In this document: piece by piece, positions 38,134-51,389 of the stretch
How positions within the stretch are numbered: position 1 is the first letter of the stretch
How the letters are laid out: each line of letters opens with the position of its first letter
Source of the DNA: the human T2T-CHM13v2.0 reference genome, Homo sapiens
Strand: one strand, 5' to 3'
NCBI RefSeq assembly: GCF_009914755.1
Contig: NC_060927.1
Length of the DNA: 64,000 bases
Program-made: the position numbers and the translations under genes
The notes under the pieces: model-generated
What the model was told of the DNA's origin: nothing
The model's database searches: none
What the model saw: only the letters and a program-made list of their open reading frames with translations

Positions 38134-41100
38134 GTCCCCTACTGTCCACCTGAAATACACCACCTGCCTGGAGTTCTTTTGGAATATGTCTCTTTGGAGA
38201 CAATGTGAAGAAATTAGATTCTCCCTAAGTCCAGCTCCCAGAATCATTAATGGCACCTTTAGACGGAGATGTTTCCACGCTGCCAGGACAATGGTTATTC
38301 CTTAACCTTTATGGAGCCATGAGCTCCATTCAAACCTCTGGATGCTTTGGATTTCAACCTTGGGTGGAGCTGACCATTGGAAGATGCAGACACAGAGACC
38401 CTGTTGCCCCAGCCCCTACCAGAGATGCATTCACTGGTTGCAGAAACAGCTTCATGAAGTCCTCTCACCTTGGCAGAGGCATATTGTTTGGATTCTCTTT
38501 GGCCACAGGTGTCTCAGAGCAAAATTGTGGTTTAATTTGGGCTATCTTATTAAGACTATCCTTTCCTAATTTTCCCCTAGTCTTGATTTTTAAATATATA
38601 TATAAAACCTATGTCTTGATTTTTTCTCAAGATTTTTTTTTCTCAACTCCTCTGTGAAGTGTAGGGGTGGAGAGGATGAGAGAAGAAACAAGCAAGCAAG
38701 AACTCAATTAATAAAATAATTTATCTTTCATTTCCAACAGTCATTATAATTTTCTTCCCAGAATATATTTTCTTACTACAATTAACAATCTACCTCTTTA
38801 ATTTAATTTTGTCCTCAATACCTTACAACTTAATGCATTCTATTTCTAAAGGCTTCTATTAAATAAGGCAAGACCAAAATTCATGAGTCCCACTTGAAAA
38901 ACAGCAAAGCACTCATTCTCCAGTGCTGACTCCTATATTTGGATGTTTTGGAGGTTGGTGCCCTAAGAATTGGGAACATTTAGAATTTCTAACAGAGCAC
39001 AGTAAGATCTGGTCCTGGCCATTGAACATCTCTCAGTCTAATGGAGAAGGTGGACTTTGTTAACACATTAGTCATAAAGCAAGCCAGCCCCATGAGTTGC
39101 CCGCCAGAAATGTGAACAGATTTTAATGGGAGCTCGGAGGCTAGCAAGGATTCATTTCCATTTCAGGGGATTGCGGAAGACTCAGCAGTTGAGCCTTGAA
39201 GAATGTGTACAAGACAACCTTGATTTTTAATTTCTGAGTCCTCACATACCTTTCTCAGACCTTTAAAAACCAAATTCAGCTCTTAACATTGTGTATTCAG
39301 ACCTAGGCCCAGTTCAGTTTCTCGGATGGCACCGATACTGCCATAGAAAGTTTTATTTCCATAGTGAGATATTTCCATGGTGAGCTCAATCGAATTCTTA
39401 ATCTAGCCACCAGGTGATTGTCTCTCTCTCTCCATCCTGTTCCCCGCTCACCCCATTTCTTAACTGTTTCTCATCTCTTTTCTCTTTGGGTATGAACATT
39501 TTCTGATTAAGAAAGAAACTTAGAGTGTTTTTTCCAGTACTCCCCACTTCCGCCCCCGTCTGGTTCAGTTAGCCAGTGACTCCCTGACAAAACAGGAGGA
39601 GCCATTCGCTCCAAATTGGAAAAACATTTATGTGTTGGCTTGGGCATCAGGGAATCCTGTACAAGCTTTTTGCTTTGGGATGAAGGGATGGCAGTGAGAA
39701 GGGTTGTAGGGAAAGAAAACACAGGTGGCTTCCTAAGCTGCCCCAGGAGGGGAAGGAGATTTGCAGCTGGGGCAGAGTGTGAGCCTGCTTTGGCTGGGAG
39801 AGACAGAGACAGCTCCACACAGGGGAATGGAGTTGGAAAAGGAGAGCCAGCTTGAAATTTAGTTGTTCCATACCATAAGTTATGTGTATTTTACTTTGAC
39901 ACTTGGGCAAGAAAATTATTGAAAGATGGCTGAGATCTAAAAGGTGCCTGAGCAACTTGAGCATCTTAATAGGAAATGAATAAGGAATACCTTATAGCTT
40001 TAGGACAAAGTTACATCAACGCTTTCTGTTTTCTACTGGATGCAGGCAGAAATTAATAGCTCACTAGAATTATCCCTGATATTCTGGTGAAATCTTCAAA
40101 TGGCATTGGCTACACTAGTCCTATTAGCCCTGGTGCAAGTACCCAGACAGATCCGTGGTGTAAGTTCTGCTCAGAGCATCTTGGCAGCAAATGTCTGCCC
40201 CAAACAGCCAGGAGTCCCATTCTATATTTATCAGAGGTCACTATTTACCAAACAGACCTCAGGTTCATAGTGCATCTTCTACCAAGGACACCCTTAAGGA
40301 CTCTTAACCCACTCCACCCTTGTCCTCAATTCATTCTTTGCACTCACAGCCAAATGCTTAAATACAATACTGGGTTCATTTTCTAAGCTAAGAGAAAAGG
40401 GAAGGGCTGTGTAGTATGTTGATTCAGTGAGCCAAAACACAGTTTGAGGAGCCTTTTGCACCAGAAGCCAAGGGAAAGATTGATTTGCCGGCTTGAAATC
40501 ACTGGACTCCTTTAAGGAGCATGGTGCAAGATGCTTTCTTTAGAACAAAAAAGAAAACCAAGAGAGCAAATGAGTCCTTGGTTCCCTCATTTTTTAAAAA
40601 CAGCTTCACACCTCAGCATCCCCTGTTTCTCGTGTGTGTGTGGAAAAGTTGAGCAATTTCTACTTTGACTTTGTTTTTAGACTTTCAGCCATTTTTGGAG
40701 TCTGGTAATAATCTTGAGCTCTATAGAACAGTGAGTCTGTCCTGCAAATAGACGTAGTGTTCACATCCAAATTAAAGGATGATCACTTCATAATGAGAAA
40801 AAATGTAAACAAAAGGAAAAAAACTTGCTGAAGTAGAAACAGCATTTATTTTCCTATAGGGAGAATTGTGATTAATAGTGAGGTGCTTACAGCCTTTCCC
40901 TCAGGCCCACTTTCCATCGCGCACTTTCTCCTAGCTTTCAGAATGGTGGTCCCTCAGCTGGCAGCATCTTCCTCTCCATCTCCGTCCTCAGAAAGTTCCC
41001 ACCTCTGTTGGGTTACTAATTCCTTCTCAGTTTTCAAGACTCAGGTATCTTCTCTAGGAATGTTTCTTGACCCCTTCAACTTCCAAGTCTAGAGTAGGTT

Positions 41101-41561
41101 CTCTTCCCGGCTTCCTTAGTACCTTGGGTTTGCTTCCACAGCCCTTTCTTGCCTCTCTATCTGGAGGGTAGGAACTGTTATTATGCATCTGTGTCCACAG
41201 TGCTGTCCACGGGGCCTGGCACACCATAGGCCTTCTGTGAATGTCATGAAAGAGGAAGACTCCCAGATAAAACATGTTTGAGGTCTAGAAGATGAAAAAG
41301 GGCATACACAGGGTAAATTAACAATTTCTGAATTTCCTTTTCAAATTCTGATATATTTAAAGTTTTCAAGAAGTATATAAGAAAGGATAAAGCAGGGACT
41401 CAGGATACAAAGAGGTTGAAGATACAAATGGATTCAAGAAAGACTTAGAAAAATTGATGAATGTCAGAAGCATAAAACAACATTGGAAAGAAACTGAGAT
41501 GTTTGGAGGAAATTCTGGAACCTCAGGGAGATGCCAGTGAATTTGGCTCCATGACCTAACA

Positions 41562-42060
41562 CAGGGGTCCCCAACCCCCAGGCAGCAGACCAGTACCGTT
41601 CCATGGTGGTGCATGGCCTGTTAGGAACAGGGTCACACAGCAGGAGGTGAGCGGTGGACCAGCAAGCATTACCATCTGAACACCACCTCCTGTCAGATCA
41701 GCAGTGGCATTAGATTCTATTAGAATAGAATAGAACAGAACAGAACAGAACAGAACAGAACAGAACAGAACAGAACAGAACAGAACAGAAAGAACAGAAC
41801 AGAACAGAACAGAACAGAACAGGTTTTCACCATTCAATAGAATAGGGTTCACCATTAGAGGGTGAACCCTACTGTGAACTGTGCATGCGAGGGATTTAGG
41901 AGGTTGTGCGCCCCTTATGAGAATCTAACTAATGTCTATTGATTTGAGGTGGAACAGTTTTATCCCAAAACCATCCCCCCCAGTCTCCCCACCCATGGTC
42001 CATGGAAAAATTGTCTTCCATGAAACCCGTCCCTGATGCCAAAAAGGTTGGGGACCACTG
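41562..42060. mobile_element. MER1B-type hAT-Charlie DNA transposon
   Basis: Terminal inverted repeats caggggtccccaacc / ggttggggaccactg; degenerate 8-bp target-site duplication acctaaca / tcctcaca; internal cctcctgtcagatcagcagtggcattagattct. Confidence 0.88.
41720..41821. repeat. (AGAAT)n then (AGAAC)n pentanucleotide repeat inside MER1B
   Basis: tagaatagaatagaacagaacagaac..., about 20 units with one interruption near 41790. Confidence 0.95.
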
Positions 42061-45000
42061 TCCTCACATATACCTCAAGGGGCATTTTGGAGTGGGTGGA
42101 TGGGATTGGTGCCACCGAGGCTGATGGGAGTATGCAGTTTCCAGGTGTGTGGGAAGAAAAAGCAGGCCCCACTGCCCCGTCTCTCCCAGCTGGAGTTCTG
42201 TTCATCACAGCCACACCAAAGTGCTCATCCCCATTCTTTCTCTCAGCTCCTCAGCCTCCGCTTTCTCTCCTCCCTCTCTTCTTGCACAGGCTGCCAGCCC
42301 TTCCAAAGCCTGTGCCAGGATCCAGCTCTGGCTCTGATGAGTCCAGACCACCAGGACTCACATTAATTTTCCCACTGCTAAGTTTATAGTTTGTATTTGG
42401 TTGATCAGAGAAATATGTGTGATGTGGGTTGCTGGCAAGTAAATCTTTTTTTCCTTCTGCTCTTTCTTCAGTATATTTTTTTTCTAACTATTTCATTCCT
42501 TCATCTAGTCCAAAAGAAACTCCCCAGTTCTGCTAACCAGCCCTACCTCAGAGCGGCCCTGAAGTCGGGTAGATGAGATGGTCTACAGACCAGACATCTG
42601 TGTTCATCTGGCTGCCAGACCCAGTGGAGACATGGCTCCATCCTTGACTTGTCTTTGAGGATTAATCGCATTTCTCGTTCTCTTATGTCTTTTTTAAAAA
42701 TGAAGTATTTTTAATTGGTTCAAGCCAAGAAATTCCTGAAGCCTCAGGCCAATTCATTGCAAATCATTTAATGACATTGCAAAATAGGTTCTTTTTAGTC
42801 TCTCTCCTTCTTCCTCTCCCACTCCTCCCTTCTGGCCTGCTTTCCCCTCCTGCCCACCCCCAGATTTCTCTCTCCTGTCTTGACTTTGATTTTCAGCCCT
42901 CATCCCCCAGTCTCTTTCATCTCTTCCCCAATCCCAGCTTTCTTCCACTGCTCAAATCTGGGTGTAAATCCCACCTCAACTGAAAGGAAAAGAAAGAAAC
43001 AAGATTTAACAACTAATGTGCTTGGCATCTACAAAGGTTTGTTTTTTTTTTTAATTCTTCTTCTTCCTCCCCATGGAAACTGTTTTCTTTAAATAAAAAA
43101 GAGCATGCCTTGCTTTCATCAGAAAGTGTGTTTGAGAAATTTCATGTCATGTTTCCATGGTTGTCAGGAGAGAGCTTGGGAGCCAAAATTATTTGTGCAA
43201 TTGGACAGGCAGAAAAAAATCCCAAAGACAGCAAACATATTTATCCAGTCTCCCTGCCTGCAAAGGGAGGAGCAGTACTCACTCTGCCAACTGTGTTTCT
43301 AAGTGTCTCTGTAGATTACAGTGTTGACTTAGGCTGGAGTGCTGGTGGAGGTGGTGAGGACTACGCTGGAGAACACCACGCTTGTGAATTATTGTGTCCT
43401 GCCTTGTCTATGTGATTGAAAGCTCCCTGTGGTTAGGAGCTATGTCTTTTCTTCTTTGTATTTTCTGCAGTGCTTGGCATAATAGACAATTCTGCAGCAC
43501 CTGGCTTGCTAAATGAATGACTCAATGATGACCAGAGGGATGGTATTTTACCAAATGCTGGTTTTGTCCCGCTTTGTGGGCTGCAGGGGGTCTATGTGCC
43601 AGGGCTAAAATACTTAGTCACTACCCCAAATGCATGGCTTCTGAGATGCCTGCCCAGCCCACAGTAAACCCCAACCACTCACCAGGTGCCAGGCTTTCTG
43701 ACCTCATGAGAGCACAATGAGGCTCCAGCCTTCTGTTTCTGTAGTTGTCCCACATCCTCAGCAGAAAACTGCCATGGCGTTTCACTTGCAGATCATTTTA
43801 TTTCAGAGGAATAACCTTGGGGTCATGCCAAGCTATGGTCCCTCAAGTGACTTGGGGGTTGAGAATTGTGTTGGGACTTTTTGTCCATCAATGAAGCAGT
43901 TTGGGACACAGGAGAGCCCCCATATTGTCCAGGGGCAACATAGTGAGGAGTGTCAGGGACCCTTTGTCTTCTCAGACTCTACAGCCAAGTCTGTCTGATA
44001 GCCATGAGCCAGAAGCTCAACCAGAGAAAACTCTTAGTGACTTTACTTCTCCTGCACCTCGGGTGTCTCTCAAAAAGGGACTGAGGTGCAGGGAAGGACC
44101 AAAGGATCAGCATGCCACTGAGTAGTGCTCCAGTAGAGCAGAATCCTTTGTGCCTTGTAGCATTAGCCACAGATGCAGCAAGCTGCCACAGGGACAAGTT
44201 GAGGCTTGGAGGTTGTGACAGTTGGGGAATAGAATTATCCATCAGTCCAGAAACCTGCCAGTGGCCCTGAGGCTGCTAAGTCATCCTGGCAGCATTGCCA
44301 CATGAGCCCCATGCGGTGCCCCGTGACCTAATGGATCCCATCCAGACCTCTGTAGAGGAATGCAGGCTTGTCCTGTGATCCCCAGGAACAGGCAGGAGGG
44401 TAGGACAGGACTGTGCATGAGAAGTACCTGCAGGGGTAAAAGGCCAAAGTTTCTTTAAGCATTCAGCAGAGCTCATGGATATGGGGATATTGGTAACTCC
44501 ATGAAGCATCCAGCGGATGGTGGCGTCTTACTTCTCTTCTTACTTCAAACAGAATCGAACTTCAATTTGCAGCTTAAAGGAGAATGCAGGAGAAGATTGA
44601 ATGAATAACTCCCTTGGAAGTGATTGATAGGTTTATGGATTACACCTGGGGCATTTAACTGAGACCCAACACATCCTGTAGTTGGACACGTAAAGTCCAT
44701 GAAAATTGGGGGATAAGCTTACAATTAATATTTGACAATTTGTGTTATGAGAATGCATGAACATACACCAAATACTGTAATTTAATTCATAGCTCTGCCA
44801 AGCCTTTTATTAATAAAGGAAAGATAGAGACTAGAAGGTGGTGAGAAAGAAATTCAAGAGACATTCAAGATAAAATGTGCCAATTTGCGGTTTCACATGT
44901 GATCTGCTGATGGCAGCCACATCTATGTACCTTTGACAGTCTAATTTGCTTTCTGTTTTTCCCATAGCCAAAAGGGTCTGTGCCTGATGTGCCCTTTGAA

Positions 45001-46526
45001 TGTGAAGAGAACACAGAGTACATCACATGATGTGTGTCTGAACACATCCCTGTAGCCTCTGTGTTCAGACAGCCTACAGAAGTGATGTATCAGAGTGTAC
45101 GTATTCCCTTTGGAAACTGAGCTCCCAGAAGGAAGGAACTGGGCCGGGTTCTATATGGAGCCTAAAATATCATGGGCTTTCTCAGAAATCACAAAGCTCT
45201 GTGACAAGTAAATAAGGTCAGTAAACTCAGAGATGGCCCCAAAGACCAGGACTTCTGACCTGTTGGGAGCTGAGAAACAAAAGTGGGTCTACTAGCGTTT
45301 GATTAATGCGGACAAGTTAATGAAGTAGCTGGAAAATGCACAAAGAGAGGATGCAAAAGAAGGGTGCGAGGGGAGGGAAGGTAAGAGGATTAAAGCTGCA
45401 AAAACATTCCTCTAATGGATTTCTCAAACACACCAGCCAACAGGCAAGGGCAGGTGTCCTGTCAAACCATTTCCCCATGAAACCTGATCCATCTTTCTGC
45501 AGCGGAGGCCTGCTAACCCTATTTGTAATTGAAGGGCCTGTCCCTTATTTCCAGTGAAGCACACTGAGCAGCCTAGGGACTCGGCCAGGAAACCAGCTTT
45601 GCAGACAAAGGGGCCTGGGAACAGGCTGGTTTCCTTCATATGCGCCAGCTAGAGCTCCTCTCTGCATCTGCCCCATCTGATGGCTGGTTAGGCTCTTATT
45701 GATCATGAACTCCCCACCCCTCCCTGGCCCCCTTCCTGTCCAAAAACACTAGAGAAAGGGGTCCTCTGATTTTCAGATCATTCATCACTTCATTATTCTG
45801 CCTTTGATCCCTTAGTGAAACTCAAGTTTTACTCAAGCAGCCAAATTGGGAGTGTTTAAGCTAAGGCTTAAGCTTAGGAGGCACGGGGGGAGGGGGGATA
45901 GAGGGTAGGAGGGACAGGGCCAAGGACCGAACTGCTGCTTATTTGTTTTGAAGCCAGGAAGGCTCGCCTGCCAGTCGCCCCTTGTGGGGAGCTGGATGTC
46001 CAGCTGGGGTGCCCTCGGTCCTGCCTGCACAGGCTGTTGTGCACATGTTGGCATCAGAACAGAGGGGCTGTCTGGCCGCATGGCTGACCAGTGCCCAGCT
46101 TCATGCTCCCCCACTGCACAGCCTTCTGTCTCCAACTGAGCAGCTGTCAGAGGGTGCAGCAGGAGCCAAGAGGGGATTAAAAGAGACAGTGTTTTCTACC
46201 ACTGGGTTGCTGAGGTGGGTGCCTGGCAGAGTGCATGCTCCCTCCGTGCCTGGATAAGCCCTCAATTACAATGGGCAGGAGCCTGGGGCCATGAAGATGG
46301 AGATGGCATCCTGGTGCCAAACTCCTTTCAGTTCCTTACATCTTTCTTGCAAAATGATCTGCTAGCTTTAAGTATATTCTTTGCTTAAGGCAAATTTCCT
46401 TGGAATGAGGTGAAGAAAAGGAGGAGGAAAAAAAAAAAAGAAACCTCTTGGTGGAGTAGTTTGGGACTTATTCGACCATGGAGGAGAGTGCTTCACAGCG
46501 CCTGAGGAATTTTCCAGATGCCCCTG

Positions 46527-46565
46527 AGCTCACAATCACTCACAGCTCACAATCATTCACAGCTC
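46527..46565. repeat. 17-bp tandem duplication
   Basis: agctcacaatcactcac / agctcacaatcattcac / agctc. Confidence 0.85.
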
Positions 46566-46780
46566 GCTTTGTGGGGAGCCTCCTGACTTGGCAGGTACAG
46601 GGCGCACTGGCCTGAAGGAGGATTAAGGCCTTTGCATTTTTTAAGTGAATTGCTTTCAGAAAACAAAGTTACCGATGTTTAGCTAGAACATGTTGAGCTC
46701 AAGCAATTCCTTTCCCATAGTCCAAACCTTCCTCTTCTCTGAGAGAAAACTCATTAGCTATCTTGGCTGAGAGGCTCAGC

Positions 46781-46943
46781 CAGGACTGGGCTAAATAATT
46801 TGTGGGACCAAATGCAAAATGAAAATGTAGGGTCCCTTGTTGAAGCATTATTAAGAATTTTCAGATGATGAAAGCAGAGCATTAAACTGGGTGTTACCCC
46901 ATCAAGTGCAGAGGCAGGTTGCACACCCATCAAGCTGGCCTTG
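46781..46943 (-). mobile_element. MER45A-type hAT-Tip100 MITE
   Basis: caggactgggctaaataatttgtggg...tgcaaaatgaaaatg...ttattaagaatttt...gcagagcattaaac...aagctggcctt. Confidence 0.75.
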
Positions 46944-47294
46944 GGCTCAGCCTTCCAAACTGTATTTATTTAGCAAGGATTTAGAAAGCATTTGCTGTAT
47001 CCTCAGTACTATGCAATAGAACTTGGGGTTGGGGTGAAGAGTGAAAAATTAATAGGCTTCTCACCAGGAATTTATCGTTTAGTTAGGCTCAGATATCACA
47101 CACAAAACATTAAATAATTTTGAAATCATTATTTAAAAGCCCAGGAGGCCCTACACTTACCCACAGGAAGGAATCTATGAGAGATCTCGCCTTGACCCGC
47201 AGGCATCATGCTTGTTCAGCCTGGAAAGTGAAATGGGGCAATAGAAAGGAATCAGACAGCCAATCTCTGTTTTTTGTTAAGTTTTGTGTGTGTG

Positions 47295-47400
47295 TGTGGG
47301 TACATAGTATGTGTGTATATTTATCAGGTACATGAGATGTTTTGATACAGGCATGCAGTGTGAAATAAGCACATCATGGAGAATGGAATATCCATCCTGT
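47295..47400 (-). mobile_element. L1MA-type 3' end fragment
   Basis: tgggtacatagta...gtacatgagatgttttgatacaggcatgca...cacatcatggagaatgg. Confidence 0.7.
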
Positions 47401-47699
47401 CACTGTTTTTAACACATCACTCCTTGAATAGCATGTATTTCTTACAGCACATTTATTAGACCCATTTCACTTCTTTCTTCAGATCCCACATAACGTCTCA
47501 AGAAACATTGTATTTGCAAAATAGCTTCCATTGGCCACACTTAGATATAATGTTCACAGAACATTTGTTATGCTAGGCTCTTGTCTGTTTGTTCAAAATG
47601 TAGACCAACTTCAACTATGAATTTATGAGTTCAACTATGAGTTTCTAGGCAGCATAATGGGCATCTTGTACCTAACTCGTGGGGCTCAGCTTCCAAGAT

Positions 47700-47845
47700 A
47701 TTCATTCGTTCATTCATTAACATTCATTCATTTATTCATTCAACACTTGCCAAGTGTGTACTTGGGCCAGGACCTGGGTTAGGTTCAGGGGACACAGACA
47801 GGAACAAAACTCGGTCCACGCCCCTAAAGAGTTCATAGTCTAATA
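47700..47845 (-). mobile_element. L2 3' end with (TTCA)n tail
   Basis: ttcattcgttcattcattaacattcattcatttattcattcaac...ggggacacagac...gagttcatagtcta. Confidence 0.7.
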
Positions 47846-48805
47846 TTGTAATCAAAGGGACATCAATCCTTTCACAGAAACAACAGGGCTTCCTCCCCTG
47901 TGTTGGCTTGAATTGACTAAGAGTTGCTGGGAAGTTCCATTACGTGGGAAGCCTCCTGACCTCACTGAGTACCTTAATCACCAGGCACTCCTAGGGTGAC
48001 ACCAGTTTGTTTTTGGTCATTATCTCTTGTCTTCTGTGAGAAACCTGATTCCAGCCCTCTCTGGGTCTCCACTGGAAACAACAGCAGAGGCAGGTGCAGT
48101 CTTGCAGTGAAATTGCAGTCAGTCCCAATGCTGTCAGTCCCGGGAGCTGAGCAGAATTTGGTGTGGCCAGTATTCGGAGAAGGTGCCTTCAGGGCTTTCT
48201 GAGTACCTTTAAGAAGAGAGTGTCTGGGTAAAATATTTCCATCTGTCTTATACTCCATTAGTTTTATTTCTCCTCTTAAATTCAGCTATAATCCTGAAAA
48301 CCAGATTTCCAGCTTGGAATGCATGCAGTTTTGTTGTGCAAGTGGTCCCTGTTTTACTCAGCAACATGAGTGATTTGTCTCATACAAAGAGAGATTTGTT
48401 GTTTGGACTCTTGCATTGTTTGGGAAACATTCTGCTTTTATTCTAGATGAATCTCCATGCTCTCCCAGTTTAGATCCCATGGTGCCAAGCCAGGAGAGAT
48501 GGCTATGGGGCTGCCAGAGACCACAGTCTCATGTTAGGACCCTGGCTCCTCCATAGTCCACTGCCATTAAGCCACCCTAGGGTGCTGCCTGTTGTCCTGG
48601 CAGATTCCTCTTTGTCTTAGAAAACCCTTAGGGTATCCAGAGTCCTGCCCCCAGCCCCAAGGAAGGATCCTCCGTGAAGTGGGGTGTGGCTCCTGAGCAG
48701 CAAGAATCAGCCTTCTGGTTATAACCATGGCCGGCAACCAAGTGGAATCTCAGGCCTGTTACTTGTCATCGTGGATGCCTAAGGAGAACCTGGGAAGGCT
48801 GTTCT

Positions 48806-48920
48806 TTTTTTTTGAGACATAGTCTCGCTCTTTTCGCCCAGGCCAGCGTGCAGTGGCGCGATCTCGGCTCACTGCAAGCTCTGCCTCCTGGGTTCATGCC
48901 ATTCTCCTGCCTCAGCCTCC
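48806..48920 (-). mobile_element. 5'-truncated AluY (right-arm 3' part) with 12-bp target-site duplication
   Basis: ttttttttgagac...tctcggctcactgcaagctc...ttcatgccattctcctgcctcagcctcc; gaaggctgttct at 48794-48805 and 48921-48932. Confidence 0.9.
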
Positions 48921-49366
48921 GAAGGCTGTTCTCAATCAACTTGGAGAAAAGACATGAGCATTCTCTTGTATCGTTCCCTTCCATCTCCATTAGTTGAGCC
49001 TGCTGACAGCTCTGCTAGGACATTTGTACTTTGACCCCCCCCATTTCTGGGGTGTAAGCAGAGCCAACTTGCCCCCACATCTCAGTGTAACAGATGGTCT
49101 GAGCCAGAGGCACCCCTTGATGGGATTCTCTCTGCACCTTTCCCCAGCTTGTATATACAAAGTGAACCCCATCAGTGATGAGGGCCCCACATTCTTACAA
49201 ACTCCTGTAGACAACAAGGGGCTGGAGGAAGAACTCGGAGGATCCCCTGATATCCCCCTAGGTGTGAGCTTTGTCATGACTGACAACACCAAGGCACAAG
49301 CCCACCCTGAAATGTCACACTTTTGCTCTGCTGTCCTCCAACCAGCACCTTCCCTTCTCTTCACAG

Positions 49367-49513
49367 ATCTCCAGGACTTCAAGTTAGATGTGCAGCACGT
49401 GATTGAAGTGGATGAGGGAAACACAGCAGTCATTGCCTGCCACCTGCCTGAGAGCCACCCCAAAGCCCAGGTCCGGTACAGCGTCAAACAAGAGTGGCTG
49501 GAGGCCTCCAGAG
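49367..49513 (+). CDS. BOC: BOC coding exon 3: Ig2 N-terminal half (LQDFKLDVQH...EWLEASR)
   Basis: Acceptor ttctcttcacag|, donor G|gtgagt, 147 nt, phase 1-1; lies within ORF 48994..49659. Confidence 0.96.
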
Positions 49514-49677
49514 GTGAGTGGGCAGGAGCCCAGAGGCCAAGGCTGAGGCCAGAAGGGAAGCTGGCCTCCTCCAACCGCTCGCTGCTCAACAAAGCTAGGG
49601 CAGCTGCTGCTGTCTCCCAAACCCCCCTCAACATGCCAGCAGCCCTGTCCTCATGCTAGCCAGCTGTCCTCCTCCCC

Positions 49678-49965
49678 TTTTTTTCCTTTTAAGAGACAGG
49701 ATCTTGTTCTGTCACCCAAGCTGGAGTGCAGTGGCACAATCAGAGCTCACTGCAGCCTCCATCACCAAGGCTCAAGAGATCCTCCTTCCTCAACCATCTG
49801 AGTAGCTAGGACTACAGGCACACGCCACCATGCTTGGCTAACTTTAATTTTATTTGTTACAGAGACAGTCTTGCTATGTTGCCCAGGCTGGTCTAGAACT
49901 CCTGAGCTCAAGCAATCTTCCCGCTTTGGCTGAAATTACAGGCTTGAGCCACCATGCTTGGTCAT
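49678..49965 (-). mobile_element. AluJ
   Basis: gagacaggatcttgttctgtcacccaagctggagtgcagtggc...ttgctatgttgcccaggctggtctagaactcctgagctcaagcaatc. Confidence 0.85.
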
Positions 49966-50509
49966 GTGTTCTTTCTTGATATTTGGTCCTGTAGGGTCCC
50001 AAAGCAGGTGGCTTCCATTATGGAAGTCCTCTGTCTTAGCATGAGGAATTTCTTTATCCTTTCAGGCTCCAGAAGATATTACTGAGATGCTGCTGTTCCA
50101 TCCAGGCTCTCAGCACATGGTTCTGCATGCTGCCTGGGGAAGCTCTGTGCCTCCAGGCACACACAGGAAGGCTGCCTAATAAGCCCATTCATGGAGCCCC
50201 AGGGTTCCTTGGCAGGAGGTGGAGCTCTTCCCCATGCAGCAGAGCAATCTTTATAGTGGACTTCATTTTTCCCTCTCCCCGTTTGCATAGTAAATGCAGT
50301 TATCTCAGCTGTCACAGCTCCATGCTCAAGCCACAGTGGACAGACACGGCAGCAGGTCTAGGGAAGCCAAGACTTGGTCCACAGAATGCCAGAGGGGAAG
50401 GGGTTGTCCCCGAAGTCAAAGACAGCTTCTTTTCACAACTGACCCCATACTCAAGGCCAAGTAGACCTTACTTGACCTGACTCCACAGCTCAAAATGTAC
50501 ACCTTTTAA

Positions 50510-50608
50510 CTGCTTGAGTCCAGGAGGCTAAGGTTGTAGTGAGCCAAGATCATGCCACTGCACTCTAGCCTGAGTGACAGAGTGAGACTCTGTCTCAAGA
50601 AAAAAAAT
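50510..50608 (+). mobile_element. Alu right-arm fragment (AluJ/FRAM-like)
   Basis: tgcttgagtccaggaggctaaggttgtagtgagccaagatcatgccactgcactctagcctgagtgacagagtgagactctgtctcaagaaaaaaaa. Confidence 0.85.
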
Positions 50609-51389
50609 ATATATATATACCTTTAAAAATATTCTATAGATTTTAAGAGTTTTTATCAACTCTTTCTGGTTATGAAAGGAACATATGTTCATTATAGAAA
50701 ACTTAGAGAATACAGAAAACTGTTTTCAAAAGGGTAAAACACCTAATCCAACCACTCAGAACTAACTGGAGACTAGGGGAAGAAGAGCATTAATCCCTGC
50801 TGTCCCCAGCAGAAGGTTGGCAGCAGCCTCTGGGAGAGGCCTGCCTGTCCCACCAGGGCCAAGGGTTTCTCCCACTCCATCTGGCACTTGCTAATAAGCA
50901 GCTCATACCTGGGTGGCCCAGCAGCAGGCAGGCACCAGGCTTGGCAACAGCACGGCTCTCAGGAGGGGCCACCAGGGCAAAGCTCAGCACTGATGGCCAT
51001 AGCTTTACCTGCCAGGAAGCCAAATGCCACCCGAGTTGCTGGGGTGTCCAGGAGCTGTGACTCTGCCTCCTAGCTACAGAATCTGAACACCCGTGAGGCA
51101 CCATCCCAGGGCACCTGTGGACCAGGAGCAGACAGAGCCTAACAGGCCCCTGATGTGGAAGAAAGGATTTCAGTGGCATTCATGGGGAGGACAGTGGTTG
51201 AAAGTCAGAATATTCCTCTCCAAGTAGCAGAAATGCAATAATGAGGCGATTCCGAGTGATGGCTATGACTGGTGGGAAGATTTGCTCATCATTTGGGAAG
51301 GGAGAATGATGGGAAGTCCAAAATCAATTTCCTCCTTCCTGGAGGCTTGCAGGAATGATCTCATCTCTCATGTGTGCAGCCTGGGCCTC

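Noticed and set aside
48990-49634. 214-aa minus-strand ORF antisense to coding exon 3, and similar antisense ORFs over other exons
   Set aside because: Shadow ORFs from GC-rich coding sequence; no independent start, splice or domain evidence.
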